From Halocafeteria seosinensis (lineage: Eukaryota): a stretch of 64,000 nt of DNA. The notes beneath the pieces were generated by a model that was not told where the DNA came from, ran no database searches, and saw only the letters and a program-made list of their open reading frames with translations. The DNA lies in NCBI GenBank assembly GCA_001687465.1, contig LVLI01000268.1, positions 1-64,000 of the forward strand, read 5' to 3'. Both the position numbers and the translations under genes were made by a program. How positions within the stretch are numbered: position 1 is the stretch's first letter; each line of letters begins with the position of its first letter. Positions 1-13,749 of this stretch are shown piece after piece.

Positions 1-3000
1 TTAGAATCGATCATGGATGCCATATAGTATCCGAGCGGAGGTAATAAAGCCAGGATTTGGGTTGTGCAGGGAAGGCGGGTGTCAACGTCGAGCCGCAAAG
101 ACGCATTAACACTGTATTCCAAATAAGATTGAGACTCCAATTGATGGCTCTCGTCCCATTTCTTCGTAAACCACAATAAAATATCACCGCAGGAGGACAT
201 CAAGGGTGTCGAAAATGCTTGGCATAGTATAAGATCGCTCTTGTGAGCAATGCTAATGTCGGATGTGAGAAGATTCAGAGGAGGTAACTGGCGTGTCTCA
301 GCATCGTATTCGGAGCCGTAAACTTGGCACACATTGTGATCTCTTTGTAACGACAGCTGCAAAAGGCTAACACGGCAATATCCAGCTGAAGGGTCCTGGG
401 ATCCTGCCAGTTCTTTTTCCTGCTCATTTATCCATCCTTTCAAACTTCGTCGGGTGTTTGTGCTTCCACCTTCAATAGTACCAGAACTATTTTCAGAAAC
501 ACTGGGAACCCTGTTTTCCGTTTCAAGTTTGATAACATGTTTCAGTTCTGACAGAACAAAACGAGAAGCCATCGAAGACCACTGCTTTTCCATTGCATCG
601 ACAACTAGAATTCTGTCGCCAGTCAAAGGTACAACATTGCGTGCATGGTAGGGACCTTCAACTTTGACGTTCTTTGTTCTACCTAGAACCCAATGCACTT
701 TATCCCGTAGGATAAGTCGCGAGCAGCGGGGCCTCAAGGAAGGAAACTCTGCCGCTGACTGGTTGACATAGTCAAATAACGGACCAATGACGTAGAACGC
801 ATACACAGGTAAATCACTGGGACCCTTGGGAACGAGTAGATCGTACTCCATTTGGACAACAGCAAAACGCCCCGAGGGAGAATCGCGCATCGCTATCGGT
901 TTCATGGGGCCATAGGGTCCAATAGAAGGCAACCCACACAGATACTGATACTCGGGAACACAAAGATCGTTGGCTGAGATGTCTTCTGTCCTAGCCTCAG
1001 AGGAGGCAGCTTCTGCTGTCTTCGTCGCTTGTATGTGCACCCCTTGAGGATAGAGCTTCTGCCTCAAAAGAGAGTACCGAATAGTTAGCCGAGGAGGGCT
1101 GGGAATGATGGTCTGTGTTTGTTGGATATACAATATATCTTCTTCATTAAAATTTGCCCTGTATTCCTCGCTGGGATGACCGTCAGGAGACAATAGAGTG
1201 GTATGCCCCAGGGTGCACCTATTGGTAGCCGCAGGGTAACCTTGCTCCCGCAACTTTCTATGCTTTGTCAAGCTCCTCTCCCCAAACAAGGAGTATCGTG
1301 TGTCTTCAAGTTTGACCAAACGATCCCCCAGTACGACCAAAAAACAATTTTCACATCCATGAGATGGTTGTGGCTCCCCTAATACAAATAAGTTACTAAG
1401 AATGCTCGCATTCCCTTCTTTCGACGATTCTGGTGAAGACGGTAGAAGGTTTTCCTCCCACGCTGTATGCTTTAAATATGCTTCCATCGTATCTGATGAG
1501 AGTTCGTTTAAAGAATCCCAACGCCTGCGTATCCACATAGACCAATCTGAGCTGTTGATAGCATCCGCGGGCTCCAACTGCAACGAGTGGTCCATTCGTA
1601 GACCTCTCCTTGACGCTGTCCAGAAAGATACATGCCTCATGCACTGTTGAAAATGCGAGTCGATACTGCTGGAAAATCTTCCTTTTCGATGAGGCATCGA
1701 TCTATGTGCTAATGAGAATGCCCGCAGGACGGGGCACAAACGCGTGGTTCGTTTATAGCCCTCTCCATGGGCTGTGTCCATGCCAAGCTGCACTCCGGGA
1801 GTTGGACTCAAGCTTAGACGATTCGGTTCATCGGGCAAACCTTGCTTCGTATTCCTGGTAGCTTTGGATGCAGCACTCCAAACACCTACGTCATGATGAT
1901 GAGGATAAGGCGGGCGTCTACCTGGAGTAGTAGACCAGTAGGCATATTCGCTGCTAGCTTCTAGACCACAACCATTTTTAGGAGTGAACAAGGCGTAGAG
2001 CTCCGTCGTCTTCCCACTAAACCATACTTGTTTCAAATGCATGTGTTCTTGTCGATCTCCCAATGTTCTTGAGACGTCAGTACGGCAACCTATCACAGTA
2101 TGTCCATCATCATCCACTCCGATTCTCCACGCCACCACATTTCCTTTGACATCAGCAGCTACAAGAGCTGAAAGAAAAGGGTGAAAAGCCACAGAAGCAA
2201 TAGAGTTTTCAGGGTCGTTTCCGACATCAGCCGACTTCACCTTGTCTCCACTCTTCACTACTCTTTTAACTCGGCTGCTTCCGATCCCCGCAATAAGACT
2301 TGGATCTACCGCTGAGGCGAATAGTACTTCTGGAGCCGTCTTGTGCTCTTCTGACTGAGACATAAGACCCGCTTTAACTTCGCGAAAATCTGACAGTTGT
2401 CCTGCACCGAAGAGGCTCGGTGTAAAATACACAGTTACGATACCGTCCGACGTGCCTGCTGCTACCAGCGGAAACTTCTTGTGGATAGCCAGCTGTGTTA
2501 CTTCAAAATCGTTCGAGTGTACAGCCTTGGGCTCCAGACGAGCGACAGTGCCCTTTGTACCCGGCCTGGATAATTGGTTTTGAAGGTAGAGAGCCTGGCG
2601 AAAAACACTCAATAGTCAAAGGAAACGGAGGGTTAAAAGCACTCTTAAAAGTTTGGTCAACTTACCTCAACCTTTCGACTGTTTTTCTTGGAAAAGAATA
2701 AGACACACTTTTCGTGGTTCTGCGAGCTCGTGTTATTACTGGTATCCGATGTGGCACACCATTGCGAAAGACAACATCTTGCTTACATGGGTCGTATGAA
2801 TCATGTTAACTCTTCCCGATTCAACGGATCCAAGCTCGATTGTGGAAATAAACACATCCTTTTCAACGTCCCATACGTACAGTACACTGCAGCATCCAAA
2901 ATCGCGTTTAGGAGTGACTTGTTGACCTGACCCAATAACTACTACTTCCCAAATCACTTACTTTGAGCTCAGCAGTGCTGTCAAGAATTCTTGTCCTTTG

Positions 3001-3329
3001 ACGGAAGTGCTCACAGCTAAGTTGCAAATTTTAGCGTCGGAATTAATAGTAAACTCAGCTCTCCTGGCGCCTGTTTTTGTATGAATCTCGTAAATGATGT
3101 TACTGGGTCCGGCCACGTAGACGGTCGGTCGATTCTGCAAAGGTCATTTCACAAGAGATAAACACAGGAAAAAGCGAATGGAACAGCGGAACATTGGATA
3201 CAGAATCCCATCCGCTATTTGGAGGGATCGTATTGCACATACAGGGTGGACACAGGAAGCTGTGATGGAATCTCCAGGAGCACTTCCCGGGAGGAGGATG
3301 TCTCCTCCCAGGACAAATTGGTCCGGCAT
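1..3329 (-). CDS. Large WD40 beta-propeller protein, probable TSET/TPLATE-complex coat subunit (TTRAY/TWD40-1-like); 3' partial, runs off the window
   Basis: Spliced exons give SITASCVHP|NRPTVYVAGPSNIIYEIHTKTGARRAEF..., then VTQLAIHKKFPLVAAGTSDGIVTVY and IASVAFHPFLSALVAADVKGNVVAW. The frame is open from about 2600 to position 1, so it is missing from the ORF track. Motif order resembles the plant TWD40-1 N-terminus as I recall it. Start codon uncertain. Confidence 0.6.
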
Positions 3330-3770
3330 GACTGTCCAGTACACGCTCTGAAGCTACATGTACACGAGAAATAATTGGACCTAGCAACCTATCTACCAAT
3401 AGCGAATATCTCCGATATTGTACTCAGCATGGCTTCGATACGGTCTCTGTGAACTCTGTTGACATCTGTCACGACAATCTTTTCTTCTACATCTATTAAG
3501 GGCCAATTCATCAAATTAGTACACACAACAATAATATTCTAGGTATGCAGAGTACGTCTATGAAGTTTTGCTTCTGTCTGTGGACTAAAAGACTTTCTAC
3601 GGATGAGCTACTTTTGTACTCGAAGGAATGATTTTTGCCTTTGTGGATTTTTCAAGAGCTGGCGTGGTGTGTACAATATTGGCTGGACTGGACAATGTTT
3701 GGTGGAGCGTGACTTGTACCTGCCGATGAAGGCTTTTTGTTTGCCGCTGAGTATCTGTTTTTTGTGAATA

Positions 3771-4331
3771 ATGTCATCATCGTACCGTCCGAGGCCGTAT
3801 TCGGCTTTGGAGAAACAGGATACCAGCCAGGAGGCTCTCGTTCATAACCTCTATATCTTTGATGGGAAAGGCAGGTGCTTGTTTTATCGCGAGTGGTACC
3901 GTCCGCACAACGCACTGAAGCATGCCGGAAAGGAGGAGGACTATAAACTTGTGTATGGAATGATATTGACCTTGAAACACACCTGCAAACAGCTCTCGCC
4001 CAAATCGTAAGTGCTGAGAAAGCAAGGAAGTGTATGATTAAGGTAACCGTGGGAAATGGTACCTTGCAGGGATGATGAGGATGGTATGATTACCTATACG
4101 ACTAATACCTATCGGCTACATCATTATGAAACACCGACCAACTTGCACTTTGTCTTGCTGACGTCTCCTGCGATCGCTAGTCTTCGTGAGGAGCTGAGGT
4201 ATCTATATGCAGTTATCTTTGACAACTTTGTGGTGCGAAATCCGATGCAAAATCCCAGAGAAGAGATAAAAAGCCAAGGCTTCATCAATTCAGTTGATGC
4301 TATTGTTAGTAACATCACTATGAGGAAGTAG
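3771..4331 (+). CDS. TRAPPC1: TRAPP complex subunit 1 (Bet5, Sybindin-like longin), 2 exons
   Basis: VHNLYIFDGKGRCLFYREW, KLVYGM and YTTNTYRLHHYETPTNLHFVL motifs. Intron 4007-4069 (GTAAGT...GCAG) joins in frame. Confidence 0.9.
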
Positions 4332-4337
4332 CGACGA

Positions 4338-5824
4338 TCAGGGTTTCCATTCAGCTCGGATGTACTCCTCGCTTTGCATCTCTATCAACCGACTGACGGT
4401 TCTATTAAATGCGAAGACCTCGTCTACGTTGTCATAATGCTGAGAAGAGGAGGACTGAGCGGATGCCTTGTGGTGCCTTGAACTTCCGTAATCCCGCACG
4501 TCTTCGTGGCCCTCTGGCTTGAACAACTCCTGCGGCTCTGCTGCCGCACTGACAAAGAGCTTGACTTTGCGCTCGTATAGCGTGTCGACGACATTAATAA
4601 GTCTCCGAACCTGTGGATGACGGCAAGTAGTGTTGTCGGTGGTATTGGTATTGGTGGAAGAAAGGGACTGTAATTGTTTCGGCACATACCTCATTTCGCT
4701 CGTCCAAACTTAGTAGCGGTATATCAGATACAAAGACGAGCGCAAAGTTCTTTGCTATTTCTAAGTAATCAGCAGTGCTCAGCGGTTGTCTGCAAAGCTC
4801 ATCAAATGTAAAGAATGCAGCATTCGAATTGACAGCCGCTCGTGGTACACGGAGCGTGCGGCCCTGTAGGTGCAGGTCCAAGGATGTTGTCTGCTCCCCT
4901 TTGGTGACAGTCTGAAAAGCGTCCTCAAGTCGTTTATCCATTTCGACTGCTATGCTATGGCTGCTCTGTTGTGATACGTTTGTCGGACATAGCCATGTTT
5001 TCCCTAGTTGAGTACCCAGGAGTCGATAGTCGGTAGGAGAGGCCAAGTGCACGACCTCACAGTGGGCTTCAATCTCATGAATACATGGTATGAAAAGCTC
5101 TCGCTGCAGCCCGTTCTTGTAAAGATCTCCAGGTGGCCTATTAGATGTCGCAACCATCACTAGCCCGTTACGGAACAAGTTAGAAAATAAACGCTGCATA
5201 ATCATGGCATCACCCACATCCGTAACTTGGAATTCGTCAAAACATAATAGGAAATATTCCTTCGTAAGGTCACGCGCAACAATCTCTAGCGGATCCGTGT
5301 GCGATCCTTGATTACGTAATTTATTAAGCCTGCACTACTCGTTCACCGTCAAGAGAGACCTGGAAGTTCACAACCCACCCCTGTTCTTACCTGGAATGTA
5401 TTTCCAGCATGAAAGTGTGAAAGTGGACATGCCGTTTCCGTTCTATTTCCACGGAATCATAGAAAAGATCCATTAAGAACGTTTTACCACAGCCGACTCC
5501 TCCCCACATGTATAGACCAGTGGGCTGGTTCCGTTGATTATCGCTTGTGTTCGAGACTCCTCGCCATGAAGTTGGCAGGAACTGTGACCATATCGACTTC
5601 TTCAGTGGAGTCGTCTGTTGTTGGTGCTGTTTGTCATGTTTCAGGACTGCTTTGCGCACTCGATCGAGCTTGTCCACTACCTCAACTTGGTGTGCATCTT
5701 TGGTAATAACGCCGTCTTGGACCTTCTGTTGGTAAAGTTGCTTCACATTGGTTTGGCTCGAGAAGCCCCTCACTCCATGCATCCATGACGGAGATAGTCC
5801 GTTCAAGTATCGACCTAGTCGCAT
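4338..5824 (-). CDS. AFG1L: AFG1/LACE1 (ZapE-family) mitochondrial ATPase, 3 exons
   Basis: GLYMWGGVGCGKTFLMDLFY Walker A, RHVHFHTFM, CFDEFQVTDVGDA, ATSNRPPGDLYKNGLQR, FAFNRTVSRLIEMQS; presequence-like N-terminus. Confidence 0.92.
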
Positions 5825-6038
5825 AATTGAGTATGCTCTACACCTAAAGAACAGTCATCCTACACCACCCCCCGTTTGTATCTCCATCAATCCTTGGAAG
5901 TTCTACAAGACTACCCGCCAACTTCACAACGACATTGTTGGTAAAAAAGCAGGAACCAGTTACTCGTGGTGGATGATTCCATATTGATTATTTTGGCCGC
6001 CCAGGTGTGTGAATTCGTACCTTTTGCTACTGGAGGAA

Positions 6039-7426
6039 ATGAGTCGATCATCCTCAGGGGGGAAATCGGAAATGATTGACTTGGTCAACATGACCCAGGA
6101 CCACTTGGTGGAAGCAGGATTGGATAAAGCACAGCCTTCATCCTCTGCTGCTGTTGCTGCCACAGCAAGGTCGAGCTACCCGTATGAGAGCAGTGCTGCT
6201 ACTTCTTCGGCATCAACTCGAGGCAAAACTGCGGCTGAACGAGCCAATCGGAATCATCAGAACATTGGGTTCGAAGAGCAACGAGGGCATGAAGTTGACA
6301 AGCAGCCGGACGAAGAGGAGGATCAACACATTCACACAGCTGAAGATGAGTGGTGGACGGGAGAAAGCGACGAAATTATAATGTATACTCAACGTGGCGG
6401 GCGGGATTCGACGGTACATGAAGCGACGGAGGAAAGCCGCTCCTCTTATGACAATCATTCAAAGCTTAGAGAATGCGTTGACATTGTATTATCGTTCTTG
6501 GAGGTTGTAATACATTGCTTACTGTAAGTATTCGAAGTTCACCAGTTTACAAACTGTCGGTAACATGAGTCGCTACGTGCGCAGGTATTACCGAGCTGTT
6601 TATCCTCCAAGTGAGTGTCGCCAGCTGCTGCGCGACTATTACAACTGTGATGTAGCCTGTTAGATGCGTGACCCGCAGATGCTTTCGAGAGAGCAAGAGA
6701 GTACGATATCATTGTATTTAAAAGCAGATTCAAGGGTCTTACAGATTATGTGAAAGAAGTACGTAGCTGTTTCGATCCTTCTCTTGGCTAAGTAGTTGCC
6801 GCACGTATTGGTGGGCATGCAGATTCTTGAGGATACCAGAGAAATGCTTACGCGAGTGAGTGCTTTTGTTCCGTTTCCATGCTCGCTGATGGTACCAGTT
6901 ATTAGTACTGGGACCTTTGCATTCCCTCCACAGGGCGTCGTGGATAAAGTTTGCCTTGTGATTCTAGATGATAACCGAAGGGCCTTAGAACAGTATGTGT
7001 TTCCTGTTTCGATAGATACTGAGCACCAAATACCAGCGACGTGTACGTCATAACCGTGTGAAAAATGCGATCGAATCCACGTTAGAGATAGGTACCTTGG
7101 AAGCACATTTTACAGATGGTCATCTACGGCAGCAAATTGTACAGACGATCAACAAACTGTGTGCATTGGAACTGAGTGAAGAGACGCGCACTAAGGCGAC
7201 CTCCTTTACACTACTAGTTCACTCGATTGAGGACTACCCTGCAGCTTTAAAAGCTACAAAGACAAGACAGCAGTCATGGATGCCCTTAGATACCGTTGAT
7301 AATGAAGCTTCACTCCTGGCAAAGAAGACTTCCGAAAACAACGGCTCCCCCGGGGAAGACGATAGAAGAGCGCTCCACTCTATAGCTGCAGGACCCTTGA
7401 GACTGTCATGCGTTTATCAAGGCTGA
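6039..7426 (+). CDS. REV7: HORMA-domain protein REV7/MAD2L2 with acidic N-terminal extension, multi-exon
   Basis: Exons give VLSFLEVVIHCLL|YYRAVYP|AFERAREYDIIVFKSRFKGLTDYVKE...GVVDKVCLVILDDNRRALEQ, matching the REV7 HORMA pattern (FLEVAVHLILY..YP..F..., VEKVVVVILD). Confidence 0.75.
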
Positions 7427-7434
7427 ATAAGGCG

Positions 7435-9250
7435 TTATAGGTCGAAAAACAACGGGTCAATGTGATGAGGCACTGTTGTTGGAGTGTTGTGCCTCATATT
7501 ACTGGGATTCTGCTCGCGAGCAACTTGCACATCCATTCTACTGGTTGTGCTCACTGCACTGTTAGAGGCAATGCCCCTTCCGGGAGAAGATGATACAGAA
7601 TGAAGGGACCTGTCATTGACTTTTGGCTCCAGTGCTGCCTTCGTGTTGCTACTGTAGTTTTGGGGGGTCGACACCGTACTCTTGATGTTCGGGTGCACAT
7701 GTTCCATGCAACATGTTGTTCTAGTGAACAGATGCTCTGTCTTTCCTTTTTTGGGTGACTTCTCAATTGGTCCCTCCGGTTCTTTGCGCTTGCTAGGCAG
7801 AATTGCTACTGCAGAAATTCCTTTCTGCCGCTCGGGACGGTTCAGGAAGCTCTCCGTTTGTATAGCAATGTTAGATTTCTCGGCAGTGTCACACTCTACT
7901 TCATTGGACATGCAGAGCCTTCGTTTTGCCCGAAGCTTAGTGGAACCACGCAGGTGTGAATTATTTGTTGAAGTGCAAAGATCGGCACTTTCCTGCTCGA
8001 GGTCGTGCAATTGATCCTTCCAGCCTGTTTCTGCCGCCGACAGGTCGTGAAGCTGCTTGATTTGGTGCAAAATAAAATTAACCTTGGAACTTCAGTTGAT
8101 ACTGGATAACTTACTTTTGATGTCATTTCTTCAACATCCTTTGAGTTCTGTTGTTAGAATTCATCAAAACGTACAAGCATTGCTAATTACAGGTCACGGT
8201 GTACTGGATTCAACACTGGACTCACGTGTTCCCTATTCTCGAGTAGCTTTTCGACGGAGACTCGCAAATCTCGGTTAATCCTCTTGGAATTGCTATGCAT
8301 AAGTTCTAGTCTCATCAGATTTTTGGAACAGTTTTCATACTCTTTATGAGCCTGGCGATAGGCTGTCATCAGCTGTGAGCTTTCGGAGACGTAAGATTCG
8401 GTAGCTTTCAGCACTTTCTGCACTTTTTCGTTTTGCGAGGTAATTTCGTCACGCAGTCGTTGGTTTTGTTCTTTCAGACTTTGAGCTTTTCGCCGGTGGG
8501 ATTGTTCTATGGATGCTTTCTGCACCGCATGTAATGTGTTGCAGCCCAAAAATCTCTCGCGTTAAAGGGGTTCGAATCTTACCTGTTCTTCCTTGCTCTT
8601 CAACAGTAAGAGTCGGTCAGACAACTGCACATCCATAAGGGTTTACCTAATGCCTGTATCAAGTTTCGTTTTCATTATGTGTTAATTCTTACTGTTTTGT
8701 TCTCATGTGACTGCGTACGATGTAATTGTAACAACCATGATCGGCAGCACTTCTTAAGACTGTCCGCACTTACGTAGTACCTGATTTCATCCTCTTCCTT
8801 GGCAATTTGCTCATTGATAACTCGGATATTGTTATTCATATGGTCAATATCAGCATAATACTTGCGTCGCGTAGTTTGGAGCTTATGTAGCTGTGACTGG
8901 GATTCCTCTATCTTTCCTTGCTTCGCCATGTGCACTTGTTGGAGTTCCTTCAGAAGCTGGTCGGCGTTGTCTATTGTCTTTTTGATTCCTCCCGTCGTTT
9001 CCCTGTAATCACTATACGTATGAGAATAAGTGAAAACCTTTAGAAGTGCACATATTGCAAGATTTCCTCACTTGACTTCATTGCATTCTTGCTCCTCTTC
9101 CGCCAGATTTTGGATGCGGAGAATTTCGTCTCGGATTGCTTGCATCCGCTGTTTCAATGAGCCTAGATAATCAGACCATTTTTGTTGTTCATTCGCATTA
9201 GTACTGGAGCACATAGTATCTTCATGCTGAGACTGCTCGTCCATTGGCAT
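7435..9250 (-). CDS. Multi-exon coiled-coil protein of unknown function with Ser-rich tail
   Basis: Successive minus-strand ORFs (9068-9250, 8675-8935, 8187-8549, 7435-8070) with E/Q/K heptad composition, separated by GT-AG-bounded gaps. Confidence 0.6.
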
Positions 9251-9766
9251 CTTGTCTGTAAACCACGTAATTTCAAGAATTCCACTTGAGGAAACGCAAT
9301 GTTGTCTCCTAACTTATGCCCAGTGCGCAGACGCCCAACAAGACCATGCAAGTGACAATTTTCCCACTCTACCCCGTCAGATTAATAACGTGATATTGTG
9401 CTCTGATTGCGTGAAATAGACGAGGATTGGGACAAATTCTCGTCTCCAGAGGACACTTAGGAATTCGTGTTCCAATGCACTCGGATGACTGCACTTTATA
9501 CAGCGCTATATTCATCAACTCTTAGTGTGTACTTACAAAAACAGTTACACAATAATATTACCGTCAACACTATAAAATAAGATCTCTTCTAGAGTCCGAG
9601 ACGGCTGGGACCAAATTCTTCTTGTTCTTTCTCGCTAGTGACGCGTTTCATCAAGGCAACGGGCTACAATTTGCACAATATGTTAACTACGACGACAAGT
9701 ATGACACACATAAATAAACAATGGTGTATTACTCCATTATACACGTTAGTTAGCATTTCTTAATAA

Positions 9767-11280
9767 TTACTCCAGGGGACCGTAGCGTTCGCGGTAGTTC
9801 TCCAGAATAGATATGGCTGTCGAAAGGCGCTCGCGCAATCTTTCTGTCTCCTGGTGCAGGTTCTCATTTTCCTCTTTCAGAGATTTATTCAATGAGTCTT
9901 TTTCGTTCAACCTCTCATGCTGATCTGCTACAATTTCTTTGGCTTCTCGTAGTTGACGCTGTAAGGATTCCACTTCTTCAGAATCCACCCCGCCACCTCG
10001 AGGTTCCCGTTGTCTGATATCTTCATATTTAGATTCCGGCTCGTGGTAGTTATCATATTTAGATTCGGGAGCACCTTCACGGAAGCCAAACGAGGCGTAC
10101 TGCCGCCGTTCATCGTTATTGTCTTCATACGCAGGGGGACCAACAGAATGAATCTCAGCCCTCGGGGACAAGTTTTCTTCCCTTCCTTGGAAGTGAGGAT
10201 CCGAAGTCTGAATGCGCCGTTGTGCAGGGCTTCTACTATTCTTTCGATTTTGATTTCCTTCGTCCACGTCAGGAAAGCTCAGAGCCGCCATGACACCGCT
10301 ACTATCATTTGTTTGATTTCCCCGACGAATGCTGGGACGATGAGCATCACGAGCTTGATGGCTATGAGCAGACTGTACGGATCGATTAGAGGGCGAGTAA
10401 GTAGCTAAGTCCTTTCCCGTTCTTTTTAACTGAGTCACATTCACGCCGCTGCCGTCTGCATTCAATAACAGTGTAATCAAGTTCGGTAGTTTATGCTGGA
10501 GGCGAGGTCTACCGTACACGTGACTTACCTCTCACAGGCTCACCACCACCTCCACGTCGCCCAGCTCCAAAGTAATCATATCGTTCTGCTTCTTCTTCCA
10601 TTTTCTTATCCCATTGAGCTTGCTCTTCCTTTTCTTTCCGTTTCCGTTCTTCTTTCTCTTTCATTTGTTGTTCCAGAGTCAACAGATATTCGCTCTTATT
10701 GGTAGCAGTGCTGCGTGCGACACTGTGGTTGTCATCGTTTTTGTGATTGTTGGGACGTTCATGCCCATAACCGTGCGCATGGTCTCCGAGCATTTGGTGA
10801 GCCTGCCAGCGTTTTTCCTCTTGAGATTTGTTTGATAGGGATGGGAAGTGCGGCGCATCCCCGTGTGCTCTTGCTTTCATTTCTGCCAGCTCTCGCGAAC
10901 TTACACGAGAACCAGCGGGTGAGTTAGACCTTGCTACTTCTCCACGTTGTTGTCGTGAATTGCCCTGCGACGGAAAGTGCTCTCGTGCGTACGGAGAGTC
11001 CTTGCCTGGAGAGTCTGGAGCTCCTTGCCGACTGCGGTTCTCAGAATCTCGAGAACCCGACCTGCGCAGACAAACCACAAATATTTGACATGATTTTCGG
11101 TTTTCGAACTGATCCGCGTGACCACGGAACATACCTGCGCCGTTGCTGAGACAACATGGAGGCGACTTCGTTTTTGGAGGCTCCAGGAGAGACAGCGTTG
11201 GGATCGAAGCCTTTCTCTCTGAGTCGCCGCGCTACGAAACTATTCTGCTTTTCTTCAAACGAGCGATTTTGATGACGCAT
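9767..11280 (-). CDS. CSPP1/CCDC66-like centrosomal/ciliary coiled-coil protein
   Basis: EYLLTLEQQMKEKEERKRKEKEE...YDYFGAGRRGGGGEP resembles the CSPP1-type repeat; C-terminal coiled coil. Exon boundaries and start partly uncertain. Confidence 0.55.
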
Positions 11281-11683
11281 GGTCAAGTAGACGTGTAAAT
11301 CGTTCCTTTTATCTCGTTATTGCACCACTATGTCGGAGCGGTGTTTGAAATGAGTTCTCAGGGTAGTCTCGTTTTCACCTGCAAGGAAACCAAATCGCTT
11401 GTATCCACTCTTCTGAGATCGTGGACCCGAGTGTATACGCGAGTATTGTTAGTCGTCAACCCTAAAAAGACCAATGCACCGACTGTGTAGATAGCCAGCT
11501 CCGCCCGTTTGGCTGTTGGGTCAAAGAAATTCAAACGGAGGTTAGCAATGTGTCAAACATTTCTCTCACTCGTAACTTCAACTTCCAGAGGTAAATGGCA
11601 TGTCAACAGGGTAGGCATTGTTGATGACGGGTTTTGTGGAAGAGGGTGTGGTGTTTTAGAATACTCGGAAGGGGAGTATTAGA

Positions 11684-13745
11684 ATGAATGGGTCAATTTC
11701 GAAAGCGAAACTCGAAAATGCGCTCCATGGACCGCATAAACCGGGGCGACGGACATCCTTTCTTGTGAAACCCGTATGCATTCTCCTCCCCCTTTTGATG
11801 GTCACTGCCATTTCATGGCAAGCCTATTTGCATATGGTCGTCAACTCTCATGTTGGCGGCGATACTCATGGACACCTGCTGAAATCGGCTAAACCGGACA
11901 GTAAACGAACAGCCACTGAGGATACGAGGCAATCTTCCCGAGGAGGAATCGTAGGCAACTTACGGCGACAGGATGGAAATACTGCGAACGCTTCGAATCC
12001 ATCTAACAGACTACGTTCGAATTTAGAGAGACGAAAAACTGCATCTCAAGAAGAGGAAGCCCCGCCTCTCCCGCAAGGGCATCCAAAGGGCTTGGGTGTT
12101 TCTTGTGGTCCGAGTACCAGTGCTTCGGTGGAATGCAAAACAGTACGAGCCCCAACAGCGAAAGGAACCCAGTGCTGCTGCATCTTTAGACCCCCGAAAG
12201 GACGGTATGACAATAGTTTAGCTAGTCGAGTTAGTGATGTACTCTCCTCCATTTGGTGGGAAGGAACATCGAAGAGCTACAGATTTACGTGCTTGCCAGA
12301 AGCGGTGGTGATTGGTGCCCAAAAGTCTGGTTCTACTGCGTTGGCTGGGTACCTCGCAATGCATCCTAACGTAATCCCCCCTCGTAAAAAGGAACTCCAT
12401 TTCTTTGATTCACGTGCGTTTCGCCGGAAGACCATGGCCAATTATCTAGATTTCTTGCCCCCCTTTCCGGAGTCCGTGCAGAGCACCATGCATGACAGTA
12501 ATTGGGTTCGCCGATGGAACGAGTATGTGCAGAACGTGACAGTAAGAAAAAGTCAACAGACTAGCTCTGATGATCTTTCCGCAACTTTGCATCAAAATGT
12601 GGATAAAGCGACCAATTTTATTACTTTTGAGGCGACACCGGCTTATATTCTAGGTGTACCTACACCGGAGCGCATGCATGCTTATATTCCGGCCGCTAAA
12701 TTGCTTCTTATTTTGCGGGATCCAGTGGATCGGGCTTATAGTGAATACCAAATGAAGAAACGACGAGTGGACAGACAGAGAAATGATATCGAAGGACAAA
12801 AGACCACTGGTGCCTCAGAGGTCAACAAGTGCTATAAGCATCTAAATGGTGGATTGACTCCTGAAAAGCTTGCAGACTGCTTGGTGAAGAATACTACCCT
12901 TATTACTTCCCTAAGAACTCGGGTAAATGTGGAAAGAAACTTCGTTCGCTGTTTCTGTAAAAATGAGCGCGGCATGTTCAGTGGATTGAGGTCGACAGCC
13001 AACTCATGTCCAAGGGTCCCAACAGCGGCGAACGTGAACAGATGTCTACAGCCTTCGCACTTCCGGTAGGTGTAGTATTGTCCCACTACCTGTCTATATC
13101 GATTCAACGCGATGATCTGATTTGCGCTATACAGACTAGAGGTGATTCCACCAATGGATGTCTTGAAGCAGGAAGCTGATACAATTGAATCAAAATGCCT
13201 GCAAGCAGACAACACGTTCTTGTGGGGAACTTCATCATGCTACCCTGTTGGTACCAACTCCAATATTGTAAAAGACTTCGTTGCGAGAGGCTTGTACATG
13301 GCACAAATCAAGCATTGGCTGAAATACTATAGTCGTGATCAGCTCCTCGTTATATCTGATGCCGACCTCAAAGAGGAACCGGCCAAGGCATTGAATTCAG
13401 TATTCCAATTCGTGGGCGTTTCGGAATTAGAGGAGCCGCTTCTGAAATCGAAATTCACGCAAGAGGAAGTCAATAGTGTGTAAGTAAAACATGGATGCTT
13501 GGCATTTCGGTGATCGTTCGGTATCATATCCTCGTCCTCTGTTCAGGTTGGAGCAGTTGTACCCGAGTTTCACAAAGACCGGATGGCAGTTGAAATCTGA
13601 GTATTCTCCTATGCCGTCTGATATAGAGGAGCGTCTAACAGCATTCTACACGCCTCACAATCGCGAATTATACGAGTTTTTGGGAAGAGACCTCGGGTGG
13701 AAGCGCGATTCTACCAGGGAGTCAGTTCCGCTCCAATTTTTGTAG
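11684..13745 (+). CDS. Golgi type II membrane sulfotransferase, heparan sulfate 3-O/N-sulfotransferase-like
   Basis: N-terminal TM; 5'-PSB LPEAVVIGAQKSGSTAL; KELHFFD; FEATPAY; 3'-PB LRDPVDRAYSEY; RGLYMAQIKHWLKYY; C-terminal FYTPHNRELYEFLGRDLGW. Confidence 0.85.
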
Positions 13746-13749
13746 AGTA

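Noticed and set aside
454..2930. Short plus-strand ORFs in the first 3 kb
   Set aside because: Antisense shadows of the long minus-strand WD40 gene.
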